Source of the DNA: Anaeromyxobacteraceae bacterium
Lineage (GTDB): Bacteria; Myxococcota; Myxococcia; Myxococcales; Anaeromyxobacteraceae
Direction of reading: 5' to 3'
Length of the DNA stretch: 64,000 nt
Assembly (NCBI GenBank): GCA_047602405.1
Contig: JASGHJ010000001.1
Location: 256,001 to 320,000 of the forward strand
Shown one piece after another: positions 30,454 to 39,715 of the stretch. The notes beneath the pieces were generated by a model. The model had not been told where the DNA came from and did not search any database. It worked only from the letters and a program-made list of their open reading frames with translations. Every line of letters starts with the position of its first letter. Position 1 is the stretch's first letter. The translations under genes were made by a program, and so were the position numbers.

Positions 30454-31924
30454 GCGCCCCGGCTCCGCCGCCGGGCGGGAGACCAGCCGGCGCCTCACGG
30501 TCGTGTCGCTCCTCATGGCGGTCTTCCTCGCCGCGATGGAGATGACCGTCGTCGCGACCGCGATGCCGACCGTGGTGGGCGAGCTCGGCGGGCTGCACCT
30601 CTACGCCTGGGCCTTCGCGGCCTACATGCTCGCGAGCACGGTCACGACGCCGATCTGGGGCAAGCTCGCCGACCTCCGCGGGCGCCGCCCGGTGCTGCTC
30701 GCCGGGCTCGGCCTCTTCGTGCTCTCGTCGCTCGCCTGCGGCGCGTCCGCCACCATGGGCCAGCTCATCGGCTTCCGCACGGTGCAGGGGCTCGCGGCGG
30801 GGGCGGTGCAGCCGATCGCGCTCACCATCGTGGGCGACCTCTTCGACGTGCGCGAGCGCGCCCGGCTGCAGGGCGTGTTCGGCGCGGTGTGGGGCGTCGC
30901 CGGCATCGCCGGGCCGCTCCTCGGCGGCGCGATCGTCGCGACCCTGGGCTGGCGCTGGATCTTCTGGTTCAACGTGCCGGTCGCGCTCGGCTGCGCCGCG
31001 ATGTTGCTCGTCGCCTACCACGAGCGGCCGGAGCACCACCCGCACCGGCTCGACCTCGCCGGCGCGGCGCTCCTCGCGGTGACCGTCGTCTCGGCGCTCC
31101 TCGCGGCGCGCTCGCCCGCCTCCGGCGCCGTCGCCATCCCGGTGGCCGTGGTGGGGCTCGCGCTCTTCCTCCTCGTGGAGCGCCGCGCGGCGGAGCCGCT
31201 CCTCCCGCTCGACCTCTTCGCCCGCCGCGGCATCGCGGTGGCCTCCGGCGTGGGCGCGCTCGTCGGGGCGGCCATGCTCGCGATGGTCACCTTCGTGCCG
31301 CTCTGGGCGCAGAGCGTCCTCGGCGCGACGCCCACCGCCGCCGGCGCCAGCATCGCGCCGCTCGCGATCGGCTGGCCGATCATGAGCACGATCTCCGGAC
31401 GGCTCCTCCACCGGGTCGGCTACCGGCCGCTCATCTCCGGCGGGCTCGCGATCGTCGCCGTCGCCGCGGTCGCGCTCCTGTTCGCGCTCCGCCCGGGCGT
31501 GCCGCTCGGGGTCGTGTCCCTGATCACCTTCCTCTTCGGCGCCGGCCTCGGCTGCGCGAACACGCCGCTCCTCATCTCGGTGCAGACGAGCGTGCCCTGG
31601 AACCGCCGCGGGGTCGCGACCGCGAGCACGATGTTCTTCCGCACCATCGGCGGCACGCTCTCGGTCGGCCTCCTGGGCGGCGTGCTCGCCCACGCGCTCG
31701 CCGGCGCGGGCGCGGGCGACGTGGCGGACAAGCTGCTCGGGCCGGAGCGCGCGCTCCTCCCGCCGGACGTGGTGGCCGGGCTCTCCGGCACGCTGCAGGG
31801 TGCGCTCGGGGTCGTGTTCGTCGCCGTCGCGATTGTCGCGGCAGCGGCGTTCCTGACCTCGCTCCTCTTCCCGGCGATGGCGGTGCAGCGGGCGGGCGAG
31901 CGGGCGCCCGAGGCGGAGGGGTAG
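30446..31924 (+). CDS. MFS drug:H+ antiporter (DHA2-like)
   Basis: TVVATAMP, WGKLADLRGRR, GPLLGG, WRWIFWFNVP; many TM helices. Confidence 0.9.
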   Translation: MAERPGSAAGRETSRRLTVVSLLMAVFLAAMEMTVVATAMPTVVGELGGLHLYAWAFAAYMLASTVTTPIWGKLADLRGRRPVLLAGLGLFVLSSLACGASATMGQLIGFRTVQGLAAGAVQPIALTIVGDLFDVRERARLQGVFGAVWGVAGIAGPLLGGAIVATLGWRWIFWFNVPVALGCAAMLLVAYHERPEHHPHRLDLAGAALLAVTVVSALLAARSPASGAVAIPVAVVGLALFLLVERRAAEPLLPLDLFARRGIAVASGVGALVGAAMLAMVTFVPLWAQSVLGATPTAAGASIAPLAIGWPIMSTISGRLLHRVGYRPLISGGLAIVAVAAVALLFALRPGVPLGVVSLITFLFGAGLGCANTPLLISVQTSVPWNRRGVATASTMFFRTIGGTLSVGLLGGVLAHALAGAGAGDVADKLLGPERALLPPDVVAGLSGTLQGALGVVFVAVAIVAAAAFLTSLLFPAMAVQRAGERAPEAEG

Positions 31925-31929
31925 GGCTT

Positions 31930-32045
31930 CGTTCGCGGACGGTCATGGGTTCCGTTCGAGGACGCCGAGATGCCGTTCGCGGGCGGTCATGGGTTCCGCT
32001 CGCCCCGAGCGTAGGGCCCGCGCAGCGGGCCCGGAGACGAGGGGC
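31930..32045. repeat. 29-bp direct repeat plus REP-like hairpin between convergent genes
   Basis: CGTTCGCGGRCGGTCATGGGTTCCGYTCG at 31930-31958 and 31974-32002; GGGCCCGC-gca-GCGGGCCC at 32014-32032. Confidence 0.55.
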
Positions 32046-32046
32046 A

Positions 32047-32799
32047 TCAGAAGAGCGGGTACGACAAGGACACGCCGAGCACCGGCGTGTGCACGTACGT
32101 CTGGAAGACGTCGTCGAGGTACGCCTCGCCGTCGCGCGCGAACGCCTCGGCAGCCGCCTGCGAGAGCGGCTGGTAGGAGGGCGAGATCCGCGTGTGCGAG
32201 GCGATCGTGAACGCGCCGCCGAGCGAGGCCCGCAGGCGGAGCCTCCACCACGGCAGCTCCTGCTGCCAGCCGACCTCGACGTCGAGCATCTGCAGCGTCG
32301 CGTCGATCGTCCAGGTCCGCTCGCCGACGCCGACCGGCAGCGTGCGCCCGGTGACGCCGGCGAGGAGGTCGCCCCCGGTGCCCTCGCCGCCGAGCGTGAC
32401 GAGCCCGTAGCCCGCCTCCGCGTAGAGCCCGCGCCACAGCCGCGCGCCCACGTGCGTGCGCCAGATGAGCGACCGCTGGAGCGAGCTCTTCACGAGGCGG
32501 GCGGTGTCGGCGTCGTAGCCGCCGAGCTTCACCACGGTCCAGTTGATCGCGTCGACGTAGGCGCCGGGGAGGATGCCGACGGAGCTCGTGAGCCGGAGCC
32601 GGAACGGCCCCTCGAGCTCCCCGCGGACGGCGACGGAGACCGGGAAGTCGGTGCCCGCGCCGAGCGCGAGGGACCAGGGGGAGGCGGCGGGCGGGTCCGG
32701 CGATGCAGCGGGCGACGCCGACGCGGCGGCCGGCGGCGGGGTCGCGGGCTGGGCGGCCTCGGCGGAGAGGACGGCTGCGAGGGCGAGGGCGGGGATCAA
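32047..32799 (-). CDS. Hypothetical outer-membrane beta-barrel-like protein
   Basis: Signal peptide, alternating beta-strand pattern, C-terminal VSLSYPLF; TTG start. Confidence 0.6.
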   Translation of the reverse strand: MIPALALAAVLSAEAAQPATPPPAAASASPAASPDPPAASPWSLALGAGTDFPVSVAVRGELEGPFRLRLTSSVGILPGAYVDAINWTVVKLGGYDADTARLVKSSLQRSLIWRTHVGARLWRGLYAEAGYGLVTLGGEGTGGDLLAGVTGRTLPVGVGERTWTIDATLQMLDVEVGWQQELPWWRLRLRASLGGAFTIASHTRISPSYQPLSQAAAEAFARDGEAYLDDVFQTYVHTPVLGVSLSYPLF

Positions 32800-32855
32800 T
32801 GGGCCTCCACCGGGATGCTACCGCCGTCTCCGGGTCGGGACTACGCTCCGCGCCC

Positions 32856-34037
32856 ATGTCCACCGAAGAGCTCCCCTGGTCCAGGCGGGTCGGGTCCCTG
32901 AAGAGCAGCGCCATCCGCGAGATCCTGCGGGTCACCGCGCGGCCCGACGTCATCTCGTTCGCGGGCGGGCTGCCGGCGCCCGAGCTGTTCCCCTCCGAGG
33001 TCCTCGCGGGGCTCGCGCAGGCGCTCCTGACCTCGCCGCGCGCGGGCGCGGCGTTGCAGTACGCGGAGACCGAAGGGCACGCGGGGCTGCGCGAGCGGAT
33101 CCTCGCGCGCGTGCCGTTCCCGGCGGGCACGTTCGGGCAGGAGGGCGTGCTCGTCACGCAGGGTTCGCAGCAGGGGCTCGATCTCCTCGCGAAGCTGCTC
33201 GTCGACCCCGGCGACGAGGTGCTCGTGGAGACGCCGGCGTACCTCGGCGCGCTCCAGGTGTTCCGGTTCTTCGGGGCGAAGGTGACGTTCCTCGCGTGCG
33301 ACGCGGACGGCGTCCTCCCCGACGCGCTCGCGAAGGCGCTCGCGCGGAAGCCGAAGCTCCTCTACCTGACGCCGACGTTCCAGAACCCGAGCGGCGCCTG
33401 CTACCCGGCGAAGCGCCGGGAGGAGGTGCGGAAGGTGCTCGCGGGCTCGGGGACGCTCGTCGTCGAGGACGACCCGTACCGCGAGATCTGGTTCGACGCG
33501 GCGCCGCCGGCACCGATCATGCTCGGGCACGATCCCGCGCGGTCGGTGTACCTCGGGAGCTTCTCGAAGATCGCGACGCCGGGCCTGCGGATCGGGTTCC
33601 TGCTCGGCGCGCCGGGCCTCGTGCGCCGGTGCGTGCTCGCGAAGCAGGCGAACGACCTGCAGACCAACTCGCTCGGGCAGCACCTCGTCCACGATCTCCT
33701 CGCGCACCCCGGCTTCGAGGCGCACGTGGCGGGGCTCCGCGTCGCCTACCGCGAGCGGCGGGATGCGCTCGACCGGGCGCTCCGGGCGAAGCTCGGCGAC
33801 CGGCTCGCGTGGAACCGGCCCGGCGGCGGGATGTTCCTGTGGGCGCGCCTGACGGGCGGCGAGGACGCTGCGGCGGTGCTCGCGAAGGCGCTGGAGCAGG
33901 GGCTCGCGTTCGTGCCCGGAGGGGAGTTCCACCCGGACGGCGAGGGGCGCTCGACGCTGCGGCTCAACTTCACGAACTCGACGGTGGCGAGGATCGAGGA
34001 GGGCGTCGCGAGGTTGGGAAGGGCGATGGGGGTGTAG
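32856..34037 (+). CDS. PLP-dependent aminotransferase class I/II
   Basis: ISFAGGLP, PTFQNPSG, EDDPY, GSFSKIATPGLRIG, LRLNF. Confidence 0.92.
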   Translation: MSTEELPWSRRVGSLKSSAIREILRVTARPDVISFAGGLPAPELFPSEVLAGLAQALLTSPRAGAALQYAETEGHAGLRERILARVPFPAGTFGQEGVLVTQGSQQGLDLLAKLLVDPGDEVLVETPAYLGALQVFRFFGAKVTFLACDADGVLPDALAKALARKPKLLYLTPTFQNPSGACYPAKRREEVRKVLAGSGTLVVEDDPYREIWFDAAPPAPIMLGHDPARSVYLGSFSKIATPGLRIGFLLGAPGLVRRCVLAKQANDLQTNSLGQHLVHDLLAHPGFEAHVAGLRVAYRERRDALDRALRAKLGDRLAWNRPGGGMFLWARLTGGEDAAAVLAKALEQGLAFVPGGEFHPDGEGRSTLRLNFTNSTVARIEEGVARLGRAMGV

Positions 34038-34091
34038 CAGGGCTCGGACACCGTCAGTGAACCCATCTGGGACCATGGAGCCCATGGACGC

Positions 34092-34147
34092 ATTCACTTC
34101 GCGTGTTATACTGGACATGCGTTCATGTTCATTCATGCGAGGTGAAT
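34092..34147 (+). promoter_or_regulatory. Hairpin covering the RBS of the HNH gene, with an internal extended -10-like TGTTATACT
   Basis: ATTCACTTCGCGTG/CATGCGAGGTGAAT (14 bp, 2 G:U) enclosing TGGACATG-cgtt-CATGTTCA. Confidence 0.5.
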
Positions 34148-34148
34148 C

Positions 34149-35568
34149 ATGAAGCTCGGTCTGATCCAGTCCATCCACGAGGCGCTCCAGGCCCTGCTCC
34201 ACAAGGAGCGCCAGGGGCTCGTCGAGTTCCTTCGACAGCTGTGCGTCTTCGATCGGGAGATGGGGTACGCAGCCTACGGCTGTCCTTCCACGTTCGAGTA
34301 CCTGGTGCGGGTGCTCCACCTCGCAGAAGGAACGGCCTATCGCCGGCTCGCGGCGATGAAGCTCGTCCATCGCTACCCGCAGGTCGTGAACGCCATCGAG
34401 CAAGGGTCCGTCAACGCGACCCAGCTCGCCATGCTCGCGAAGGTCATCACCGACGCGAACGTCGACCTGCTCCTCCGCCAGGCGACCCACCTGTCGAAGC
34501 GCAAGACGGAGGAGCTCGTCGTCTCCATCAGGCCGCGCGAGGTTCCCGCACCAGGACTCCGGAAGCTTCCGACGCCGACCCCGCGGCCGGGAGCGGCGCT
34601 CAAGCTGACGGAGACTCCGGTCTCGATGCCGGGGCTCTCCGCAGCTCACGCCCCGAAAGTTACGCCACTGGTGGAGGGGCTTACGGATTCCGGGTTCACT
34701 CCTCGGGAGGAGCTGGCCTCGCCGCCGAGCCTCTCGCTCATTCCGACTCCGCCTCTGGATCCGTCTCCGCCTCCGACTCCGACTCCGACTCCGCCTCCGC
34801 CTCCGACTCCGCCTCCGACTCCGACTCCGACTCCGGATCCGACTCCGGATCCGACTCCGACCCTATCTCCGTCTCCGTCTCCGCCTCTCGCCCCGACCAC
34901 TCCGACTCTTCCGCCCCCGCGACCGCAGCCGCATCGAGCCGGTCGCGGCAGGCCGCTGGCAGTGGCGCCTCGAGCTCGACGCCGCGCTCAAGGCCGAGCT
35001 CGACACGCTCAAGGGCTACCTCGCCCACAAGATCCCCGACGGCGACCTGCAGAAGGTCTTCGAGCAGATGCTGCACGACTCCCTCGAGAAGCACGGCAAG
35101 CGGCTCGGGTTCATCGCGCCGCAGCACCCGCGGGCGGTCCCGGAGCAGGTGGCCACACCGGGCATCCGGCAGCGCGTGCCCCTCGGCGTCCGCCGCGCGG
35201 TGCTCGAGCGCGACGGACACCGGTGCACCGAGATCTGCAATGGCGAGCGTTGCCCGGAGACGGAGCGGCTCGAGATGGACCACCTCGACCCGGCGAACGA
35301 GACGGGCTCGTCCACCGTCGACGACCTCGTGACGAAGTGCCGGGCCCACAACCAGTACCGCGCGTTCCTCAAGTACGGGCGCGAGTACATCGAGGCGCGG
35401 AAGGCCGAGGCGCGGCGCGAGCGAGAGGAGCGGCGGGAGGCGAAGGCGTCGGGGGCGATGAAGGTGGTCGAGGGCGATGAAGACGTCGGCCAGCCTCTTC
35501 CTCTCCCACTCTTCGCGAAGGAACCCGACTCATCCTGGGGCGGCCTGAGCCTCGCCGCCACGGGGTGA
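34149..35568 (+). CDS. HNH endonuclease with DUF222-like N-terminal domain; +1 frameshift at ~34929 (probable sequencing error)
   Basis: C-terminal VRRAVLERDGHRC...C...LEMDH...KCRAHN; removing one C gives PQRIEPVAAGRWQW and joins the halves. Confidence 0.78.
34743..34885 (+). repeat. Hexamer tandem repeat (CCGACT/CCGCCT/CCGGAT/CCGTCT) encoding a Pro-Thr linker
   Basis: Visible 6-nt periodicity inside the HNH ORF. Confidence 0.9.
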
Positions 35569-35584
35569 CGTCACCGTTCCCTGC

Positions 35585-36496
35585 TCAGCGCCCCACCCGG
35601 TAACGCACCCGCCAGATGTCCATGCGGCCCGCGCCGCCTGAGCGGCGGGCCGAGAAATACAGCCAGCCGGGCTCGGTCGCGGCGATGGACGGGCCATTCG
35701 TGAACGGCTCCGCGTCCTCACCGTTCACCTCGGGGCCGAGGCGGACGCGGGACGACGGGCCGGCGGCGTTCGCGGGCGCCCAGTACAGCGCGACCGCGCC
35801 GTCGGTGCGGCCGGACGAGAACACCAGGCTGCCGTCGGGCAGGAACGTCGCGTCGAAGTCGTCGTCGGGGCCGTTCACGGCGAGGGCGCGGGCGTCGCCC
35901 CAGGCTCCGTCCGCGAGCCTCCGCGCGACGAAAAGATCCTGGCGGCCGGCGCCGCCGCGGGCGTCGGAGCAGAAGAGCAACCTCGTGCCGTCCGGGGAGA
36001 CCGACGGGGCCCACTCGTCACCCTTCGTGTTCACGCCGGGGCCGAGGTTCACGGGCTCGCCCCAGGCGCCGTCCTTCCCGAGCGGCGCGAACCAGAGGTC
36101 GTCGCCGCCGAGGCCGCCCGGGCGGTTCGAGAAGAAGTAGGCGCCGGAGCCGTCGGGGGCGAAGGAGGGGTCGAAGTCGTTCGCGGCGGAGTCGAACGCG
36201 GCGGGCGCCGGGGCCGACCAGCCGCCGGCGACGCGGCGGCTCTCGAGGATCTCCCAGCCGCGCGGCGCGCCGGGCTGGCCGATCGCGCCCCACAGGAGCC
36301 GCGCGCCGTCCGGGCTCACCGCGAGGCGGATCTCGGTCGAGGCGGCGGTGGAGACGACGCCGGGGAGGACGAGCTCGGGCGCGCCGACGAGAGAGAAGGT
36401 GGGGGACCGGCTGCCGCGGGAGGGCGCGGCGGGGGCGGCGACCGTCGCGCACGACGCGCCCGTCACGAGCACGGCCAGGCACGCGAGCGCACGCAT
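35585..36496 (-). CDS. TolB-like / PD40 beta-propeller lipoprotein
   Basis: Lipobox-like TGASC; repeated SPDG units, FSNRPGGLGGDDLW, PVNLGPGVN. Confidence 0.82.
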   Translation of the reverse strand: MRALACLAVLVTGASCATVAAPAAPSRGSRSPTFSLVGAPELVLPGVVSTAASTEIRLAVSPDGARLLWGAIGQPGAPRGWEILESRRVAGGWSAPAPAAFDSAANDFDPSFAPDGSGAYFFSNRPGGLGGDDLWFAPLGKDGAWGEPVNLGPGVNTKGDEWAPSVSPDGTRLLFCSDARGGAGRQDLFVARRLADGAWGDARALAVNGPDDDFDATFLPDGSLVFSSGRTDGAVALYWAPANAAGPSSRVRLGPEVNGEDAEPFTNGPSIAATEPGWLYFSARRSGGAGRMDIWRVRYRVGR

Positions 36497-36728
36497 GGCT
36501 GCATCGTAGCCGACCCGCCTCCCCACGAGCAGTGAAACCAGGGCACCCTCGCCGCAGCGCGGCACGCCGCGCTCACCGCGCCGCGTCAAACTCGACCCGG
36601 CGAGGCGGTGACGAAAAGTGAAACGGACCGGATGGTTCGACCCGACTGGAGCCTTGGGGGTGGCGGCACGCCCCGCCTAGAGTCGCTCCCCGATTCGCCA
36701 GTCGAACGTCCGCACCTTCGGAGGCTTC

Positions 36729-39707
36729 ATGCGCGCGAAGCAGGTCGTCCTGTGTGCCCTCGCGTCCGCCGTCCTCGCCTGCGCCAAGTCCGGCGACCTC
36801 GCTGATTCACTCACCGTCACACCGTCCGGCGACGTGACCGCGTCCGGGCCGGTGAGCCTGACCGCGACCGCCACCGGCGGCGCCGAGGTGAGCTGGACGC
36901 TCTCCGGGGCCGGGACGCTCTCCGGCTCGAAGGGCGCGTTCGTCGTCTGGCGGCCCCCGGCCGTCGCCGGCGGCGGCCAGACCGCGACCGTGACCGCCAC
37001 CGCGGGCAAGCACACGCAGGCCGTCCACATCAGCTACGCGGCCCAGGCGCTCACCCCGAAGAAGATCGCCTCGCTGTCCGCGGCGGTCACCGTCACCTAC
37101 GACGCCTGGCAGGTGCCGCACGTCGACTGCGCGATCGACACCGACTGCTTCGCGGTGCAGGGCTACCTGCACGCGCGCGACCGGCTCTTCCAGATGGACT
37201 TCCTCCGCCGCGTGGCCCGCGGCCGGCTCTCCGAGCTCGTCGGCCCGCTCGGGCTCGAGCAGGACGTGCAGCTCCGCACCCTCTTCACGATGCGGAACGG
37301 CGGCCGGATCGAGGACGCGCTCGTCACCGCCATGGACCCCGCCACGAAGGCCCGCGTGCAGGCCTACGTCGACGGCATCAACGCGCGGCTCGGCGAGCTC
37401 ACCGACGCCGACCTGCCCGGCGAGTACGCGCAGCTCCCGGTGCCGGCGAAGGCGGCGGACCTCCCCGCCTGGACGCTCGCCGACGTCACCGGCCTCGCCC
37501 GGCTCCAGCAGTTCCAGCTCTCCGAGAGCATCTCGGCCGAGGCGGCCTACGGCGGGTTCGTCCTCGCCTTCGGCACCGGCGGCAAGTTCAAGACCTGGGT
37601 CCGCGCCCAGCTGCCCGTGCAGGCGCGCACGTACACGCTCGTCGCGCCCCCGGCGGCCGCGGCGCCCACGCCGGCGCCGCAGGTGGACGCCGCGGCGCTC
37701 GGCGCGTGGGGCGCGAGCCTCGGCGCGCTCGGCGCCCGCCACGGCGCGCTCCGCGAGGCGCTCCGGGCCGAGGTGGGCGAGGTCGGCTCCAACAACTGGG
37801 TGGTGGACGCGGCGCACTCCGCGAACGGGCACGCGATGGTCGCGAACGACCCGCACCTCTCCCTCCCCTACCCGCCGAACTTCTACCTCGCGCAGCTCAC
37901 CTCCCGGCGCGCGGCCGACGGCATGGACATCGTGGGCGGCTCGTTCCCCGGCACGCCGGGCGCGCTCGTCGGGCGCGGCAAGCACGTCGGCTGGGGCGTC
38001 ACCGTCGTCGGCTACGACGTGACCGACCTCTACCGCGAGCAGTTCCTCCCGCAGGGTTCCTGCGCCTCCGCCCAGCTCCCGTGCGTCCTCTTCAAGGGCG
38101 CCCCGGTCTCGCTCGTGGTCGCGCCGCAGTCGTACAAGGTCCGCGGGCCCGACGGCCTGCTCCACGAGGCGACTGCGTGGCCGCCGAACGCGCCGCTCCT
38201 CTCCGCGCAGGGCGCGCTCGTCTTCGTCGTGCCGCACCACGGCCCGATCATCCAGGCGCCGGACGGCGGCGGCCACGCGGTCTCGATGCGCTGGACCGGC
38301 CACGAGGGCTGGACCCAGGACCTGAAGGCCTTCTTCGGCCTCGCCACCGCGGCGAGCGTCGACGCGGCCGTCGAGGCGCTCAAGGACTACGCGACCGGCG
38401 CGCAGAACTTCGTGCTCGCCGACGACGCGGGCCACATCGCGTACGACCCGCACGCGCTCCTGCCGGTGCGCGACTTCGCCGACGCCCGCAAGACGGCGCC
38501 GGCCTCGCTCCAGCCGCCCTGGATCCCGCTCCCGGGCGACGGCTCGGCGGAGTGGGGCTCCGACCCGGCCTGCGGCGGCGTGGCCGCGCCGCGCTCCTGC
38601 TTCCTCGACGACGCCGACGTGCCGCACGGGAAGGACCCGGCCTGGGGCTTCTACGTGACGGCGAACTCCGACCCGGTGGGCGTCTCGAAGGACAACAACG
38701 TCTTCGCCTACCCGCCGTACCTCTCGTTCGACTGGGACGAGATCGGCTTCCGGCAGACCCGCATCACCGAGCGTATGACGAAGGCGCTCGCGGCCGGCGG
38801 CGGCAAGATCTCCGAGGCGGAGCTCGAGTCGATCCAGGCCGACCACGTCTCGTCGCTCGGGCGCGCGTTCACCGAGCTCCTGAAGGACGCGAGCTACGAC
38901 GCGGCGGCCACCGGCAGCGCCGACTTCGCGGCGGCGCGCGGCATGCTCGTCGCCTGGGGCGCGGCGGCGAACGCCCGCGCCTACGACTGCCCGACCGGCC
39001 TCCTCGGCATCGACCCCGCCCTCTCTCCGGACGATCCCGACGCGACGAACACGGCGAACTCGGCGGCGTGCCTCCTCTTCCACACGTTCGTGCGCGACCT
39101 CCTCGTCCGCGTCTTCGCCGACGACCTCGGCGCGGCCGGCCTCGGCGTGAGCTCCGCGAACGCGGTCAAGGGCATGCTCCGCATGCTCGAGCCGGGCGTG
39201 ACCGGCGACGACGCGAGCTTCTGCGACGACGTCGACCCCGACACCGGCGCCGCCGTCGCCTCGCACACGTGCGCGGCGCAGGTCGTGACCTCGCTCGTCA
39301 CGGCGTACCGCACGCTCCTCGCCACCGCCGGCACCGACTGGCGCTGGGGCCGGTACCACACGTTCACCGCGGTGAGCCAGTTCCCCACGGTCACGACCGG
39401 CTACGTCGCCGGGCCGTACGCCCGCCCGGGCGGCGCGCTCACCGTCGACGTCGGCAACCCGCGGCTCACCGCGACCGGCACCTCCTTCGCGTTCGGCTCG
39501 TCGGCGAACGTCCGCCACGTCTCGGTGATGGACCCGGCCGGCCCGACCACCCGCATGCAGCTGCCCGGCCCGCAGCGCGACGGGCCCTACGACGTCCTCG
39601 CCGGGCCGGACCTGCTCGTGGACTGGGTCCACAACACCTACTTCGACTACGCCGACGGCGCGCACGCGCAGGCCGGCGCGGTCGCCACCCAGAGGTTCGA
39701 CAAGTGA
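36729..39707 (+). CDS. Penicillin acylase family (S45 Ntn-hydrolase) lipoprotein
   Basis: VLAC lipobox, GYLHARDRLFQMD, GSNNWVV nucleophile, ANDPHL, HHGPII, WRWGRYH. Confidence 0.9.
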   Translation: MRAKQVVLCALASAVLACAKSGDLADSLTVTPSGDVTASGPVSLTATATGGAEVSWTLSGAGTLSGSKGAFVVWRPPAVAGGGQTATVTATAGKHTQAVHISYAAQALTPKKIASLSAAVTVTYDAWQVPHVDCAIDTDCFAVQGYLHARDRLFQMDFLRRVARGRLSELVGPLGLEQDVQLRTLFTMRNGGRIEDALVTAMDPATKARVQAYVDGINARLGELTDADLPGEYAQLPVPAKAADLPAWTLADVTGLARLQQFQLSESISAEAAYGGFVLAFGTGGKFKTWVRAQLPVQARTYTLVAPPAAAAPTPAPQVDAAALGAWGASLGALGARHGALREALRAEVGEVGSNNWVVDAAHSANGHAMVANDPHLSLPYPPNFYLAQLTSRRAADGMDIVGGSFPGTPGALVGRGKHVGWGVTVVGYDVTDLYREQFLPQGSCASAQLPCVLFKGAPVSLVVAPQSYKVRGPDGLLHEATAWPPNAPLLSAQGALVFVVPHHGPIIQAPDGGGHAVSMRWTGHEGWTQDLKAFFGLATAASVDAAVEALKDYATGAQNFVLADDAGHIAYDPHALLPVRDFADARKTAPASLQPPWIPLPGDGSAEWGSDPACGGVAAPRSCFLDDADVPHGKDPAWGFYVTANSDPVGVSKDNNVFAYPPYLSFDWDEIGFRQTRITERMTKALAAGGGKISEAELESIQADHVSSLGRAFTELLKDASYDAAATGSADFAAARGMLVAWGAAANARAYDCPTGLLGIDPALSPDDPDATNTANSAACLLFHTFVRDLLVRVFADDLGAAGLGVSSANAVKGMLRMLEPGVTGDDASFCDDVDPDTGAAVASHTCAAQVVTSLVTAYRTLLATAGTDWRWGRYHTFTAVSQFPTVTTGYVAGPYARPGGALTVDVGNPRLTATGTSFAFGSSANVRHVSVMDPAGPTTRMQLPGPQRDGPYDVLAGPDLLVDWVHNTYFDYADGAHAQAGAVATQRFDK

Positions 39708-39715
39708 GGACCGCC

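Noticed and set aside
36600..36660. tRNA (GGTTCGACCC T-loop-like sequence), including tRNA-Sec
   Set aside because: No acceptor stem, anticodon arm or cloverleaf can be built.
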